Made by a program: the position numbers and the translations under genes. Below, one piece after another: positions 14,292-27,061 of a DNA stretch of 64,000 bases. The stretch is from Escherichia coli (GTDB lineage Bacteria > Pseudomonadota > Gammaproteobacteria > Enterobacterales > Enterobacteriaceae): NCBI RefSeq assembly GCF_017348835.2, contig NZ_CP071375.1; one strand, 5' to 3'. The notes beneath the pieces were generated by a model that did no database searches, was not told where the DNA came from, and saw nothing but the letters and a program-made list of their open reading frames with translations. Within the stretch, counting starts at the first letter, position 1, and each line of letters opens with the position of its first letter.

Positions 14292-15083
14292 ATGCCTGAA
14301 GGCCCGGAGATCCGCCGTGCAGCGGATAACCTGGAGGCGGCGATCAAAGGCAAACCACTAACTGAAGTCTGGTTTGCCTTCCCGCAGTTAAAATCTTATC
14401 AATCACCACTTATCGGTCAACACGTTACCCATGTGGAAACGCGTGGTAAGGCGTTGTTAACTCATTTTTCCAACGACTTAACGCTCTACAGCCATAATCA
14501 GCTTTACGGCGTCTGGCGCGTGGTTGATACCGGCGAAGAGCCGCAGACCACGCGAGTATTGCGGGTAAAACTGCAAACGGTTGACAAAACCATTCTGCTT
14601 TATAGCGCCTCGGATATTGAGATGTTGAGGCCGGAACAACTGACCACGCATCCGTTTTTACAACGCGTTGGTCCCGATGTGCTGGATCCGAATCTGACGC
14701 CGGAGGTGGTAAAGGAACGGCTATTGTCGCCGCGCTTTCGTAACCGTCAGTTTGCTGGATTACTGCTCGATCAGGCGTTTCTGGCAGGACTTGGCAATTA
14801 TTTGCGGGTGGAGATCCTCTGGCAGGTTGGGTTGACTGGAAATCATAAAGCGAAAGAACTCAATGCGGCGCAACTGGATGCACTCGCACACGCGTTACTG
14901 GATATTCCTCGATTTTCCTACGCTACGCGGGGGCAGGTGGATGAGAATAAGCATCATGGGGCGCTGTTTCGCTTTAAGGTTTTTCATCGTGATGGCGAAC
15001 TGTGCGAACGCTGTGGCGGCATCATTGAGAAAACCACGCTGTCATCTCGCCCGTTTTACTGGTGTCCGGGCTGCCAGCACTAG
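14292..15083 (+). CDS. nei: Endonuclease VIII (DNA glycosylase/AP lyase)
   Basis: 263-aa [24 protein letters not shown]... with N-terminal PEGPE catalytic motif and C-terminal zinc finger (CERCGG...CPGCQ). Confidence 0.9.
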   Translation: MPEGPEIRRAADNLEAAIKGKPLTEVWFAFPQLKSYQSPLIGQHVTHVETRGKALLTHFSNDLTLYSHNQLYGVWRVVDTGEEPQTTRVLRVKLQTVDKTILLYSASDIEMLRPEQLTTHPFLQRVGPDVLDPNLTPEVVKERLLSPRFRNRQFAGLLLDQAFLAGLGNYLRVEILWQVGLTGNHKAKELNAAQLDALAHALLDIPRFSYATRGQVDENKHHGALFRFKVFHRDGELCERCGGIIEKTTLSSRPFYWCPGCQH

Positions 15084-16126
15084 GCCGTACGTTTCGGCGC
15101 ATAGGTTGAAATAAACCGCGCAATGGCAGGCCCTGTCAGCAAAATACTGAACAGGCGCAGGGTTTGCATCGCCATAATGAGCGCCATATCGGCATTGCTC
15201 CCTGCGGCGATGACCGCCACGGTATCAAGCCCGCCGGGGCTGGTGGCGAGGTAGGCAGTCATAAAATCAATGTGCATAAACCGGGTCAGTCCCCACGCCA
15301 TACCCGCACAAATAGCCAGCAGAGCAAAAATCGACAGCAGGATTTGTGGTAGCGGGCGTAGTGCCCGCAGTAAGATTTGTTTATCGAAACCAAGACCAAT
15401 CCGCCAGCCAATTGCCATATACGCCATCGCCAGCAGCCATTCCGGTAGTTCGATGGTGATGAGCTGACCAGACTGGAGCACTGCGCCCGCCAGCATCGGG
15501 ATGAGCATCGTGCCGGAAGGAAGACGCAGCAGGCATCCCACTGTACCGGCAACGACCGCGAGCAAAATAGTAAGCAGGAGATTAATGCTCACTGGCGGGA
15601 ACCAGACGATATGCTGGTTAACCGCTTCAGCGTTATCACCCAGCATCATGCGAGTGACCAGAACAGCGGCCCCCGCGACGAACAGCACTCGCAGATATTG
15701 CATAAACGCCACCAGGCGAATATCTGCGCCGTAATCTTGCGCCATAGCGACCATTGCCGCCGCGCCGCCAGGAGAGGAACCCCAGGCACCGGTATTTCCA
15801 GGCAATGAGCTATAGCGCACCAATAACCAACCCACGATGGCGCTGGAAAGCAGCGTTACCAGTAAAATTGCAAGCACGATCGGCCAGTTGACGGCCAGGG
15901 TGGTGAGAATCGAACCAGTGAGGTTTTGCGCAATCATGCAGCCAAGAATGGCCTGCGCGGCGAGAAAAGCGGAGCGGGGGAGTTGCAGGATAACCCCGCG
16001 CATACTGAAGATGATCCCGGCGATCATCGGCCCAAGTAATAATGCCGCCGGGAGATGTACCGCGAGGAAACCAATAGAAAGGAGAAGTGATAGCACACAT
16101 AACATTCCCCACTGCAAAACTGGCAT
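15080..16126 (-). CDS. abrB: AbrB-family putative transporter
   Basis: ORF 15080..16141; likely start [23 protein letters not shown]; polytopic membrane protein; 4-bp convergent overlap with nei. Confidence 0.8.
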   Translation of the reverse strand: MPVLQWGMLCVLSLLLSIGFLAVHLPAALLLGPMIAGIIFSMRGVILQLPRSAFLAAQAILGCMIAQNLTGSILTTLAVNWPIVLAILLVTLLSSAIVGWLLVRYSSLPGNTGAWGSSPGGAAAMVAMAQDYGADIRLVAFMQYLRVLFVAGAAVLVTRMMLGDNAEAVNQHIVWFPPVSINLLLTILLAVVAGTVGCLLRLPSGTMLIPMLAGAVLQSGQLITIELPEWLLAMAYMAIGWRIGLGFDKQILLRALRPLPQILLSIFALLAICAGMAWGLTRFMHIDFMTAYLATSPGGLDTVAVIAAGSNADMALIMAMQTLRLFSILLTGPAIARFISTYAPKRTA

Positions 16127-16274
16127 CCTTTGCTCCCTCATTATTTACTCTTTGGTGTATCGATACAGCATAAAGAATGCCGGGCATGGAAAAAATAACG
16201 GTAATCAATAAAAGCCGGAAAATTGGCAATTAACCGAAGAAGCCCTCTCCGGCTGGAAAGGGCAATAGGCTAAA

Positions 16275-17336
16275 TCAGTTGTAGTTAATTTTGAAAAGTA
16301 CCACTGTATCAAAGGGACCAACGTCGATGGGCGTACCCGGCGTGGATGACAATTCTGCCGTGTAGGTTTTTTCATACACTAACAGGTCGCTGGTAAAATC
16401 GGCATACTCACTGTATTTGTTGAAAGTATAGGGTGAGGCATTTTCATCCAACAATCGAAGCTTCAGGCCATTGCCAATGAGCAGTGATTTATCTTCGTCG
16501 ATAAGGGTTTCATCGGTATAAAACGAAGAGCTGACTTTAAAACCGTCGGTACACTGGTCGTTTTGTGATTTGGTTGTAGTTATTTTAAATTGCTGCGACA
16601 TCGTATGGCGACGAATATCCAGCACGTTAAATCGGCCAAAATCAACGACCTGGGTTTCAGGTGAGATAGCAAAGTTGACGCTGCAATCCAGCACGCGGAT
16701 ATTTTCCAGACCGGTAATGTGATATTTCAGATTCTTCGCGGTAGGGTCTTCGTTCACGCTGCCTGCGCCATCAAACTGTACGACGATGTAATCGCTGAGT
16801 TTGCTCTGATAATCATGGGGCGGCATGGCGCGAACTTTAACGTAAAGCCGCATACGCGCCACAAACGTCCGCGATTTGTGCATAACGGTTGGATCGCCGG
16901 AGCAAAGTTTATTTTGCCAGCCCATCGCAATGATCTGCTCCGGGGTGTAAATATCAATATTCTTACTGTCGATGCACTGATTCGTGTCGATGCGGCTTTT
17001 CCCAAGGCTTGCGTCATAGTCCACGCCTTCATAGGTTACGCCCAATTGATAATAGGGATCCTGAATACCGGGGTAAGGGTTTACCCAGGCGTAGACGTGC
17101 TCGCTTTCAAAATTACCGTTTGTGTTGTTGTCACAGTAGACCGGAATTTTTATATCGTCAGATTCCCAGATTTTATCGCCGGGTTTGGAATTGGCCGGAA
17201 CGGCGAAGGGCATAATAGCTTCCGATTTTTCTACAGCGCCGTTTGCGGTACCAAAATAGCAGTTCAGCGCCAGCGCCGCTTTTAGCGGCAAAAAAATCAG
17301 ACAGATGGCGAGCAACACGCCTTTGGCGAATCTCAT
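16275..17336 (-). CDS. ybgO: Fimbrial adhesin-like protein (chaperone-usher fimbriae)
   Basis: 353-aa ORF with signal peptide [23 protein letters not shown]; last gene of a four-gene chaperone-usher operon. Confidence 0.75.
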   Translation of the reverse strand: MRFAKGVLLAICLIFLPLKAALALNCYFGTANGAVEKSEAIMPFAVPANSKPGDKIWESDDIKIPVYCDNNTNGNFESEHVYAWVNPYPGIQDPYYQLGVTYEGVDYDASLGKSRIDTNQCIDSKNIDIYTPEQIIAMGWQNKLCSGDPTVMHKSRTFVARMRLYVKVRAMPPHDYQSKLSDYIVVQFDGAGSVNEDPTAKNLKYHITGLENIRVLDCSVNFAISPETQVVDFGRFNVLDIRRHTMSQQFKITTTKSQNDQCTDGFKVSSSFYTDETLIDEDKSLLIGNGLKLRLLDENASPYTFNKYSEYADFTSDLLVYEKTYTAELSSTPGTPIDVGPFDTVVLFKINYN

Positions 17337-18064
17337 TTTTTATTCTCCACCGGCTGCAGGCGGCATTGCCGCTGGCAGGAGAGCGTGTTCATACGCAATG
17401 CGCCGTAGTCGTCCATGTAGCCAAGATAAAACTGCTTGCCGCTATAGCTGCCCGTGCTGGTGGTGACCGAACTGAACGGTGCGACCATCGTGCTTTTAAA
17501 GCCAGGCAGCACGCCTTTCTCATCCCGCCCAAGATAGGCAATAGTCAGATAGTATCCGGTCGGGTTTTTCAGGGTAAGCTGGTTATTCTGCTGGCTAACC
17601 TGTAGCTGTTGCTCAACATGATCGCCCATTTTTTTGCGTAATGCGGCGGGTCGCCAGAATAGCTTAATGCGACTTTGGACGGCGACTTGCAGGATCGCAT
17701 GGCCCTCGCTGCCTTCCGGGACAGGCGGAATTTCACGCAGGTTATAGTAAAAGAGAGATTCGCGATCGGTGGGTAATTTCGCGGTGGCGGCTTGTTTCAT
17801 GATCCGAACCTGCGAAGCCGCTTTTGGCTCCAGTCGCTGGATAGGCGGCAGGGCGACGAGAAATTCATCGCTTTTCTCTCCCTTTTCATTTTCTATCCAT
17901 GAATAGGCGAGGTAGGGGAGTTTATCGCTGCGGTTTTCCACGCGCAGGCTGGTTGCTTTATCTTTGCTATTAAAGATGATGCGCGTGCGGTCAGGCTGCA
18001 CTGCGCCGTGGCTGCACATACTGGCAACCAGAAGAATCAAAGGGAATCCTTTAACAAATGTCAT
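17333..18064 (-). CDS. ybgP: Periplasmic fimbrial chaperone (PapD-like)
   Basis: 243-aa [36 protein letters not shown]...; overlaps ybgO start. Confidence 0.85.
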   Translation of the reverse strand: MTFVKGFPLILLVASMCSHGAVQPDRTRIIFNSKDKATSLRVENRSDKLPYLAYSWIENEKGEKSDEFLVALPPIQRLEPKAASQVRIMKQAATAKLPTDRESLFYYNLREIPPVPEGSEGHAILQVAVQSRIKLFWRPAALRKKMGDHVEQQLQVSQQNNQLTLKNPTGYYLTIAYLGRDEKGVLPGFKSTMVAPFSSVTTSTGSYSGKQFYLGYMDDYGALRMNTLSCQRQCRLQPVENKK

Positions 18065-18078
18065 CGTCTTTTCCTTAA

Positions 18079-20538
18079 TTAATGACAGGGTAAAATCAGG
18101 CGCTTAGTCACATCTTCCAGATGTTCCGGCAGATGAATGGCACACGTTTTCTGGTCGCCCCAGTGCACGGTAAATTGTTGATTTTCATCGACCCCACTCA
18201 GCCATGCGTGACCGTTTTCGCCAACCATCCCGACGCTGACACCGCCTTCAGCCTGGCGAACATCGGCACCGAGCGGCGGGAAATGCCCGTTAGCATCGCT
18301 GATAATGACGTTGAGATCTTTCCCGGCGCGGGACGCCAGCGATTTAAAGCCGATGGCGCCTTCGGTCCAGGTTTCTTTCACCACGTTTTCGGAAACGGTA
18401 ACGCCGTCAGGCAAGTCGTTCATATTGACCGCCACCGTCGTAGGCTGGTAGCTGGAAACAAACGGTACCACGGCAATACCAAAGCGGTTGGTGTAGTCAA
18501 TATTGCCCTGAATCGGAATATCGCCCACGCCGTCGGTGCTGACCATCAGGCGTGGTTCATTGGTGGAACTGCGGCGATGGAATGCCGCGCCATGTTGAGT
18601 CGCGGTAAACGAGCCGCTCCAACTGGCACTGGCGGAAGTGTAATCATTGGCGGCATAGGTTCCGGTCAGATCCCATTCCCCCGCCGAACTGAGGTGTTGG
18701 TAATTGCCGCTGACCTGCGCACCGTTATCCGGGCGATCGGATTGTATTCCAGCCGACATTCCCCAACTGTTTCGTTCATCCAGGGTATCGTTCCACGACA
18801 TGCGGTGGGTGGTACTATTACTGTTGTTCTGCATGTCATAACCCAGTCGACCACTTTCCCCAATCGGTAAGGAGATCGAAAAGTAAATCTGGTTGTCGCG
18901 ATCTTTATCTTCATAATGGGTGGTGTTGAACGAGGTCGAGACAGAAATATCTTTCCAGTCGCCAATGTCGACGTTAAAACCGGCGGTAATGTTGGCCGTG
19001 GTGGAGGTATCCGCATTCCACCAGCTCTGATGCAGGATGTTGGCGTAGAGATTAAGATTCAGCGGAGTAATAGGCTGACCGAAGGAGAGGCTGATGGTTT
19101 GCTTTTCATCCTGCGCGTCGGCGTCATTGTATTTGTGATCAATGTAGTTAGCGTAGCTGTGAAAATGGCGATCGGAGAAGCGATAGGCTGCCAATGAGAT
19201 GGTGCTGTTGGTCGCATCAACCTGTTTGCTGTAGTTAAAGCGGTAGCTGTAACCCTGCTCATCCTGTTGAGTATCAAAATGGCTGTCGGCCCAGGTCACG
19301 TCAAACGACAGCGCCCCCAGCCAGAGCATATTTTGCCCAATACCCAGCGCGCCGGAACGATAGTCATCGCCTGCGAGAAGCATGCCGCCATATAGTGAAG
19401 TGTTGGAGAGCATCCCCCAGGAGACTTCATGGCTAATGAAGGTTTCATCCTCGGTGTGGTGCGACATAGAGGAACGCGGGCGACCGGCAGCCAGTTTATA
19501 GCGCACCTGGCCCTGACGCGTCAGGAACGGGGTAGAGGCCGCTGAAACCTGGAAGTTATTCACCCGTCCATCTTCTTCGCTCACTTTGACATCCAGTGTA
19601 CCTTGCACTGACTGATTCAGGTCATCAATAATAAATGGGCCTGGCGGAACTTTTTTCTGGTAAATCACGCGACCAGAATGGCTTATCGTGACCGTGGCGT
19701 TAGTCTGTGCGATGCCGCTGATTTGCGGCGCGTAGCCGCGTAACTCCCAGGGGAGCATTCGATCGTCGCTGGCTAACGCCGCACCGGTATAGGAGAAACC
19801 ATCAAAAATGTTAGAGCTAAAATCGGTTTCGCCCAGGGTTAATCGGGAACCTATTTGCGGTAACGGGCGGAACAGGTAGGTCCGTGAAATCGCCCCGGAT
19901 TGTTCACGGTTGTCGCCGCTATCGGACTGGCTAAGCTGATAATCGCTGCGCAGACGCCATGCCCCGGCGTTGAGGCCCGTGGTGCCATAGGCGTTCAGGT
20001 TGTTGCTGCTGCTGCCGCTTTGTGGGCGATAAGTGCTGGCAAACAGGTTGTAATCCATCAGGAAGCCAGGAATACCGTTATTCCACGTTGAGGGTGGCGT
20101 CCAGTTTTCTGAATGCCACGCCAGCCATGCCTGCGGGATTGTAATATTGAGCTGTTGATTTGCCTGATCGAAAGTAAAGATGATTTCAGGGAAGACACTA
20201 AAATCGACACATTCTTTTATTGCCGGTAATTTTTTACGAAAGTCAGATTTAAGTCCGAAGAGTTCGATCAGCGATTCATTGATACAAGGAATAATTTTAT
20301 CGCCAGATTTTTGCCAGCGAATTTGTTGCCCATTACTGATTTTATTATTATTAACCGTAACACTAACAAAATAATCGCCGGGAGCTACGACGCCTTTTTG
20401 ATTGAGCAACGAAATATCAACGCTATCCCGAATCGACTTATCGAGAACGTTAAGGTTAAATTCAGCTGCCAGCGCAGGAGGGGTTACCATTGCCAGACAG
20501 GAAAGAACAGAGAGTCGATAAATATTCACGGCATCCAT
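18079..20538 (-). CDS. ybgQ: Outer-membrane fimbrial usher
   Basis: 819-aa ORF, signal peptide plus usher-sized beta-barrel protein; positioned between chaperone and major subunit. Confidence 0.85.
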   Translation of the reverse strand: MDAVNIYRLSVLSCLAMVTPPALAAEFNLNVLDKSIRDSVDISLLNQKGVVAPGDYFVSVTVNNNKISNGQQIRWQKSGDKIIPCINESLIELFGLKSDFRKKLPAIKECVDFSVFPEIIFTFDQANQQLNITIPQAWLAWHSENWTPPSTWNNGIPGFLMDYNLFASTYRPQSGSSSNNLNAYGTTGLNAGAWRLRSDYQLSQSDSGDNREQSGAISRTYLFRPLPQIGSRLTLGETDFSSNIFDGFSYTGAALASDDRMLPWELRGYAPQISGIAQTNATVTISHSGRVIYQKKVPPGPFIIDDLNQSVQGTLDVKVSEEDGRVNNFQVSAASTPFLTRQGQVRYKLAAGRPRSSMSHHTEDETFISHEVSWGMLSNTSLYGGMLLAGDDYRSGALGIGQNMLWLGALSFDVTWADSHFDTQQDEQGYSYRFNYSKQVDATNSTISLAAYRFSDRHFHSYANYIDHKYNDADAQDEKQTISLSFGQPITPLNLNLYANILHQSWWNADTSTTANITAGFNVDIGDWKDISVSTSFNTTHYEDKDRDNQIYFSISLPIGESGRLGYDMQNNSNSTTHRMSWNDTLDERNSWGMSAGIQSDRPDNGAQVSGNYQHLSSAGEWDLTGTYAANDYTSASASWSGSFTATQHGAAFHRRSSTNEPRLMVSTDGVGDIPIQGNIDYTNRFGIAVVPFVSSYQPTTVAVNMNDLPDGVTVSENVVKETWTEGAIGFKSLASRAGKDLNVIISDANGHFPPLGADVRQAEGGVSVGMVGENGHAWLSGVDENQQFTVHWGDQKTCAIHLPEHLEDVTKRLILPCH

Positions 20539-20587
20539 ACCTGAACAATATTCGCAAAAGGCGGCTAATCAGCCGCCTTAAAAAGGA

Positions 20588-21154
20588 TTATTGGTAATCC
20601 AGAACGTAAGTTGCGTTAGCAGTAACGGCCCCCGCGGTAACCGAAACTGCGTTATCCATCTGTTCCATCCAGGCAAAGAAGTTTAACGTTTGTTCTGTTG
20701 AACTTGCCAATAAGTCAATTGTTGGCGCTTCTGTTCCCAATACAACAAATGATTCATCTTTGTTCATGAGACGTACGCCAACGCCGGTAGCCTCGCCAGC
20801 ACTGATGTTACTAAGGAGCGGCGTTGCACCTGTCGTTTTAGCTGTGCTGTCGAAGGTCACGCCTACCTTTGAGACCACGCCACCGTTGCCATCATCCCAG
20901 CCTGCAATATCACAGTTGATTAAGCGAATATTGACAGGTTTTTTCTCGCTATGATGTTCTCGATTTATGTGGGATGTGGTTACTTCACCCAAGTCAATGT
21001 TCATATCAAGGTCATTAGGGTGAATTTCACAAGGTGCTTCAATAACTTCACCTTTAAAGTGGATTTCACCAGATCCTTCATCTGCAGCAAAAACAGGTGA
21101 AGCGAATAGTAGAGATATGGCCAGGGCGGCCAGTGTTTTTTGTCCTTTAAACAT
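20588..21154 (-). CDS. ybgD: Fimbrial major subunit-like protein
   Basis: ORF 20588..21169; start MFKGQKTLAALAISLLFASPVFAADEG...; ~188 aa pilin-like with C-terminal YVLDYQ-type strand. Confidence 0.8.
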   Translation of the reverse strand: MFKGQKTLAALAISLLFASPVFAADEGSGEIHFKGEVIEAPCEIHPNDLDMNIDLGEVTTSHINREHHSEKKPVNIRLINCDIAGWDDGNGGVVSKVGVTFDSTAKTTGATPLLSNISAGEATGVGVRLMNKDESFVVLGTEAPTIDLLASSTEQTLNFFAWMEQMDNAVSVTAGAVTANATYVLDYQ

Positions 21155-21481
21155 ACATGAATCCTTCATGGGCTATGATAAAGTATACTAATTATTCCGA
21201 CAGAATAGTGGTTTTTTGTTCATGTAATAATATTAATGTTGCTACATTATGTTTGAGAGTTTCTCAAAGCTCTCGAATCATAAATAAAGTGAATTAATCC
21301 TATTACGAGTTTATTTAATTGTGGGTGCTACCCAATGTATTCTACATCGATTGGCGGGATAACGGTGGTGGTGAATGAAAAATTAGGATTTTATTTAGTT
21401 GTCGGATATGTATTCTTGTAACGTGTAATTATGTATTTGTGTCCGATTACGTTTTTTTGTCGATAGACATAACTAACGAAC

Positions 21482-21513
21482 AAAAAAAAGCCCGCCAGAT
21501 ATTCAGGCGGGCT
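21482..21513 (-). terminator. Rho-independent terminator of gltA
   Basis: Reverse strand: agcccgcctgaatatctggcgggct stem-loop followed by TTTTTTTT, just downstream of the gltA stop. Confidence 0.8.
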
Positions 21514-21540
21514 AAACGATATATGGTTCAAATCAGATAA

Positions 21541-22824
21541 TTAATGTTTAACATCTGATTTAAAGTCTCGTTTTTCATAGCCGGTGTACAACTGGCGCGG
21601 ACGGGCGATCTTCATGCCGTCACTGTGCATTTCGCTCCAGTGAGCGATCCAGCCAACGGTACGGGCCATAGCGAAGATGACGGTGAACATGGAAGACGGA
21701 ATACCCATCGCTTTCAGGATGATACCAGAGTAGAAATCGACGTTCGGGTACAGTTTCTTCTCGATAAAGTACGGGTCGTTCAGCGCGATGTTTTCCAGCT
21801 CCATAGCCACTTCCAGCAGGTCATCTTTGGTGCCCAGCTCTTTCAGAACTTCATGGCAGGTTTCACGCATTACGGTGGCGCGCGGGTCGTAATTTTTGTA
21901 CACGCGGTGACCGAAGCCCATCAGGCGGAAAGAATCATTTTTATCTTTCGCACGACGAACAAATTCCGGAATGTGTTTAACGGAGCTGATTTCTTCCAGC
22001 ATTTTCAGCGCCGCTTCGTTAGCACCACCGTGCGCAGGTCCCCACAGTGAAGCAATACCTGCTGCGATACAGGCAAACGGGTTCGCACCCGAAGAGCCAG
22101 CGGTACGCACGGTGGAGGTAGAGGCGTTCTGTTCATGGTCAGCGTGCAGTATCAGAATACGGTCCATAGCACGTTCCAGAATCGGATTAACTTCATACGG
22201 TTCGCACGGCGTGGAGAACATCATATTCAGGAAGTTACCGGCATAGGAGAGATCGTTGCGCGGATAAACAAATGGCTGACCAATGGAATACTTGTAACAC
22301 ATCGCTGCCATGGTCGGCATTTTCGACAGCAGGCGGAACGCGGCAATTTCACGGTGACGAGGATTGTTAACATCCAGCGAGTCGTGATAGAACGCCGCCA
22401 GCGCGCCGGTAATACCACACATGACTGCCATTGGATGTGAGTCGCGACGGAAAGCGTGGAACAGACGGGTAATCTGCTCGTGGATCATGGTATGACGGGT
22501 CACCGTAGTTTTAAATTCGTCATACTGTTCCTGAGTCGGTTTTTCACCATTCAGCAGGATGTAACAAACTTCCAGGTAGTTAGAATCGGTCGCCAGCTGA
22601 TCGATCGGGAAACCGCGGTGCAGCAAAATACCTTCATCACCATCAATAAAAGTAATTTTAGATTCGCAGGATGCGGTTGAAGTGAAGCCTGGGTCAAAGG
22701 TGAACACACCTTTTGAACCGAGAGTACGAATATCAATAACATCTTGACCCAGCGTGCCTTTCAGCACATCCAGTTCAACAGCTGTGTCCCCGTTGAGGGT
22801 GAGTTTTGCTTTTGTATCAGCCAT
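21541..22824 (-). CDS. gltA: Citrate synthase
   Basis: 427-aa [38 protein letters not shown]... Confidence 0.97.
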   Translation of the reverse strand: MADTKAKLTLNGDTAVELDVLKGTLGQDVIDIRTLGSKGVFTFDPGFTSTASCESKITFIDGDEGILLHRGFPIDQLATDSNYLEVCYILLNGEKPTQEQYDEFKTTVTRHTMIHEQITRLFHAFRRDSHPMAVMCGITGALAAFYHDSLDVNNPRHREIAAFRLLSKMPTMAAMCYKYSIGQPFVYPRNDLSYAGNFLNMMFSTPCEPYEVNPILERAMDRILILHADHEQNASTSTVRTAGSSGANPFACIAAGIASLWGPAHGGANEAALKMLEEISSVKHIPEFVRRAKDKNDSFRLMGFGHRVYKNYDPRATVMRETCHEVLKELGTKDDLLEVAMELENIALNDPYFIEKKLYPNVDFYSGIILKAMGIPSSMFTVIFAMARTVGWIAHWSEMHSDGMKIARPRQLYTGYEKRDFKSDVKH

Positions 22825-23532
22825 TTAAGGTCTCCTTAGCGCCTTATTGCGTAAGACTGCCGGAACTTAAATTTGCCTTCGCACATCAACCTGGCTTTAC
22901 CCGTTTGTTATTTGGCTCGCCGCTCTGTGAAAGAGGGGAAAACCTGGGTACAGAGCTCTGGGCGCTTGCAGGTAAAGGATCCATTGATGACGAATAAATG
23001 GCGAATCAAGTACTTAGCAATCCGAATTATTAAACTTGTCTACCACTAATAACTGTCCCGAATGAATTGGTCAATACTTCCACACTGTTACATAAGTTAA
23101 TCTTAGGTGAAATACCGACTTCATAACTTTTACGCATTATATGCTTTTCCTGGTAATGTTTGTAACAACTTTGTTGAATGATTGTCAAATCAGATGATTA
23201 AAAATTAAATAAATGTTGTTATCGTGACCTGGATCACTGTTCAGGATAAAACCCGACAAACTATATGTAGGTTAATTGTAATGATTTTGTGAACGGCCTA
23301 TACTGCCGCCAGGTCTCCGGAACACCCTGCAATCCCGAGCCACCCAGCGTTGTAACGTGTCGTTTTCGCATCTGGAAGCAGTGTTTTGCATGACGCGCAG
23401 TTATAGAAAGGACGCTGTCTGACCCGCAAGCAGACCGGAGGAAGGAAATCCCGACGTCTCCAGGTAACAGAAAGTTAACCTCTGTGCCCGTAGTCCCCAG
23501 GGAATAATAAGAACAGCATGTGGGCGTTATTC
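22825..23532. promoter_or_regulatory. gltA-sdhC divergent intergenic regulatory region
   Basis: ~700-bp non-coding AT-rich interval between divergent gltA and sdhC; individual promoter and operator sites not resolved by eye. Confidence 0.6.
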
Positions 23533-23922
23533 ATGATAAGAAATGTGAAAAAACAAAGACCTGTTAATCTGGACCTACAGACCATCCGGTTCCCCATCAC
23601 GGCGATAGCGTCCATTCTCCATCGCGTTTCCGGTGTGATCACCTTTGTTGCAGTGGGTATCCTGCTGTGGCTTCTGGGTACCAGCCTCTCTTCCCCTGAA
23701 GGTTTCGAGCAAGCTTCCGCGATTATGGGCAGCTTCTTCGTCAAATTTATCATGTGGGGCATCCTTACCGCTCTGGCGTATCACGTCGTCGTAGGTATTC
23801 GCCACATGATGATGGATTTTGGCTATCTGGAAGAAACATTCGAAGCGGGTAAACGCTCCGCCAAAATCTCCTTTGTTATTACTGTCGTGCTTTCACTTCT
23901 CGCAGGAGTCCTCGTATGGTAA
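23533..23922 (+). CDS. sdhC: Succinate dehydrogenase cytochrome b556 subunit
   Basis: ORF 23518..23922; start [31 protein letters not shown] (129 aa). Confidence 0.9.
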
Positions 23923-24263
23923 GCAACGCCTCCGCATTAGGACGCAATGGCGTACATGATTTCATCCTCGTTCGCGCTACCGCTATCGTCCTGACGCTCT
24001 ACATCATTTATATGGTCGGTTTTTTCGCTACCAGTGGCGAGCTGACATATGAAGTCTGGATCGGTTTCTTCGCCTCTGCGTTCACCAAAGTGTTCACCCT
24101 GCTGGCGCTGTTTTCTATCTTGATCCATGCCTGGATCGGCATGTGGCAGGTGTTGACCGACTACGTTAAACCGCTGGCTTTGCGCCTGATGCTGCAACTG
24201 GTGATTGTCGTTGCACTGGTGGTTTACGTGATTTATGGATTCGTTGTGGTGTGGGGTGTGTGA
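23916..24263 (+). CDS. sdhD: Succinate dehydrogenase hydrophobic membrane anchor
   Basis: 115-aa [40 protein letters not shown]... Confidence 0.9.
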
Positions 24264-26029
24264 TGAAATTGCCAGTCAGAGAATTTGATGCAGTTGTGAT
24301 TGGTGCCGGCGGCGCAGGTATGCGCGCGGCGCTGCAAATTTCCCAGAGCGGCCAGACCTGTGCGCTGCTCTCTAAAGTCTTCCCGACCCGTTCCCATACC
24401 GTTTCTGCGCAAGGCGGCATTACCGTTGCGCTGGGTAATACCCATGAAGATAACTGGGAATGGCATATGTACGACACCGTGAAAGGGTCGGACTATATCG
24501 GTGACCAGGACGCGATTGAATATATGTGTAAAACCGGGCCGGAAGCGATTCTGGAACTCGAACACATGGGCCTGCCGTTCTCGCGTCTCGATGATGGTCG
24601 TATCTATCAACGTCCGTTTGGCGGTCAGTCGAAAAACTTCGGCGGCGAGCAGGCGGCACGCACTGCGGCAGCGGCTGACCGTACCGGTCACGCACTGTTG
24701 CACACGCTTTATCAGCAGAACCTGAAAAACCACACCACCATTTTCTCCGAGTGGTATGCGCTGGATCTGGTGAAAAACCAGGATGGCGCGGTGGTGGGTT
24801 GTACCGCACTGTGCATCGAAACCGGTGAAGTGGTTTATTTTAAAGCCCGCGCTACCGTGCTGGCGACTGGCGGAGCAGGGCGTATTTATCAGTCTACCAC
24901 TAACGCCCACATTAACACCGGCGACGGCGTCGGCATGGCTATCCGCGCAGGCGTACCGGTGCAGGATATGGAAATGTGGCAATTCCACCCGACCGGCATT
25001 GCCGGTGCGGGCGTACTGGTCACCGAAGGTTGCCGTGGTGAAGGCGGTTATCTGCTGAACAAACATGGCGAACGCTTTATGGAGCGTTATGCGCCGAACG
25101 CCAAAGACCTGGCGGGCCGTGATGTGGTGGCGCGTTCCATCATGATTGAAATCCGTGAAGGTCGCGGCTGTGATGGTCCGTGGGGGCCACACGCGAAACT
25201 GAAACTCGATCACCTGGGTAAAGAAGTTCTCGAATCCCGTCTGCCGGGTATCCTGGAGCTTTCCCGTACCTTCGCTCACGTTGATCCGGTGAAAGAGCCG
25301 ATTCCGGTTATCCCAACCTGTCACTACATGATGGGCGGTATTCCGACCAAAGTGACCGGTCAGGCGCTGACTGTGAATGAGAAAGGCGAAGATGTGGTTG
25401 TTCCGGGGCTGTTCGCGGTAGGTGAAATTGCCTGCGTATCGGTACACGGTGCTAACCGTCTGGGCGGCAACTCGCTGCTGGACCTGGTGGTCTTTGGTCG
25501 TGCGGCAGGTCTGCATCTGCAAGAGTCTATCGCCGAGCAGGGTGCACTGCGCGATGCCAGCGAGTCTGATGTTGAAGCGTCTCTGGATCGTCTGAACCGC
25601 TGGAACAATAATCGTAACGGTGAAGATCCGGTGGCGATTCGTAAAGCGCTGCAAGAATGTATGCAGCATAACTTCTCGGTCTTCCGTGAAGGTGATGCGA
25701 TGGCGAAAGGGCTTGAGCAGTTGAAAGTGATCCGCGAGCGTCTGAAAAATGCCCGTCTGGATGACACTTCCAGCGAGTTCAACACCCAGCGCGTTGAGTG
25801 CCTGGAACTGGATAACCTGATGGAAACGGCGTATGCAACGGCTGTTTCTGCCAACTTCCGTACCGAAAGCCGTGGCGCGCATAGCCGCTTCGACTTCCCG
25901 GATCGTGATGATGAAAACTGGCTGTGCCACTCCCTGTATCTGCCAGAGTCGGAATCCATGACGCGCCGAAGCGTCAACATGGAACCGAAACTGCGCCCGG
26001 CATTCCCGCCGAAGATTCGTACTTACTAA
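24263..26029 (+). CDS. sdhA: Succinate dehydrogenase flavoprotein subunit
   Basis: ORF 24251..26029; start [24 protein letters not shown] (FAD-binding GxGxxG); 588 aa. Confidence 0.95.
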   Translation: MKLPVREFDAVVIGAGGAGMRAALQISQSGQTCALLSKVFPTRSHTVSAQGGITVALGNTHEDNWEWHMYDTVKGSDYIGDQDAIEYMCKTGPEAILELEHMGLPFSRLDDGRIYQRPFGGQSKNFGGEQAARTAAAADRTGHALLHTLYQQNLKNHTTIFSEWYALDLVKNQDGAVVGCTALCIETGEVVYFKARATVLATGGAGRIYQSTTNAHINTGDGVGMAIRAGVPVQDMEMWQFHPTGIAGAGVLVTEGCRGEGGYLLNKHGERFMERYAPNAKDLAGRDVVARSIMIEIREGRGCDGPWGPHAKLKLDHLGKEVLESRLPGILELSRTFAHVDPVKEPIPVIPTCHYMMGGIPTKVTGQALTVNEKGEDVVVPGLFAVGEIACVSVHGANRLGGNSLLDLVVFGRAAGLHLQESIAEQGALRDASESDVEASLDRLNRWNNNRNGEDPVAIRKALQECMQHNFSVFREGDAMAKGLEQLKVIRERLKNARLDDTSSEFNTQRVECLELDNLMETAYATAVSANFRTESRGAHSRFDFPDRDDENWLCHSLYLPESESMTRRSVNMEPKLRPAFPPKIRTY

Positions 26030-26044
26030 TGCGGAGACAGGAAA

Positions 26045-26761
26045 ATGAGACTCGAGTTTTCAATTTATCGCTATAACCCGGATGTTGATGATGCTCCGCG
26101 TATGCAGGATTACACCCTGGAAGCGGAAGAAGGTCGCGACATGATGCTGCTGGATGCGCTTATCCAGCTGAAAGAGAAAGATCCCAGCCTGTCGTTCCGC
26201 CGCTCCTGCCGTGAAGGTGTGTGCGGTTCCGACGGTCTGAACATGAACGGCAAGAATGGTCTGGCCTGTATTACCCCGATTTCGGCACTCAACCAGCCGG
26301 GCAAGAAGATTGTGATTCGCCCTCTGCCAGGTTTACCGGTGATCCGCGATTTGGTGGTAGACATGGGACAATTCTATGCGCAATATGAGAAAATTAAGCC
26401 TTACCTGTTGAATAATGAACAAAATCCGCCAGCTCGCGAGCATTTACAGATGCCAGAGCAGCGCGAAAAACTCGACGGGCTGTATGAATGTATTCTCTGC
26501 GCATGTTGTTCAACCTCTTGTCCGTCTTTCTGGTGGAATCCCGATAAGTTTATCGGCCCGGCAGGCTTGTTAGCGGCATATCGTTTCCTGATCGATAGCC
26601 GTGATACCGAGACTGACAGCCGCCTCGACGGTTTGAGCGATGCATTCAGCGTATTCCGCTGTCACAGCATCATGAACTGCGTCAGTGTATGTCCGAAGGG
26701 GCTGAACCCGACGCGCGCCATCGGTCATATCAAGTCGATGTTGTTGCAACGTAATGCGTAA
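26045..26761 (+). CDS. sdhB: Succinate dehydrogenase iron-sulfur subunit
   Basis: 238-aa ORF with three Cys clusters (CREGVCGSDG; CILCACCSTSCP; CHSIMNCVSVCP). Confidence 0.95.
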   Translation: MRLEFSIYRYNPDVDDAPRMQDYTLEAEEGRDMMLLDALIQLKEKDPSLSFRRSCREGVCGSDGLNMNGKNGLACITPISALNQPGKKIVIRPLPGLPVIRDLVVDMGQFYAQYEKIKPYLLNNEQNPPAREHLQMPEQREKLDGLYECILCACCSTSCPSFWWNPDKFIGPAGLLAAYRFLIDSRDTETDSRLDGLSDAFSVFRCHSIMNCVSVCPKGLNPTRAIGHIKSMLLQRNA

Positions 26762-26764
26762 ACC

Positions 26765-26883
26765 GTAGGCCTGATAAGACGCGCAAGCGTCGCATCAGGC
26801 AACCAGTGCCGGATGCGGCGTGAACGCCTTATCCGGCCTACAAGTCATTACCCGTAGGCCTGATAAGCGCAGCGCATCAGGCG
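26765..26883. repeat. Cluster of three REP palindromic units (BIME) between sdhB and sucA
   Basis: gtaggcctgataagacgcgcaagcgtcgcatcaggc / gccggatgcggcgtgaacgccttatccggcctac / gtaggcctgataagcgcagcgcatcaggc. Confidence 0.85.
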
Positions 26884-27061
26884 TAACAAAGAAATGCAGG
26901 AAATCTTTAAAAACTGCCCCTGACACTAAGACAGTTTTTAAAGGTTCCTTCGCGAGCCACTACGTAGACAAGAGCTCGCAAGTGAACCCCGGCACGCACA
27001 TCACTGTGCGTGGTAGTATCCACGGCGAAGTAAGCATAAAAAAGATGCTTAAGGGATCACG

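Noticed and set aside
24233-25930. 565-aa ORF on the minus strand antisense to sdhA
   Set aside because: Lies entirely within the well-supported sdhA coding region on the opposite strand; no family resemblance; typical shadow ORF in GC-rich coding DNA.
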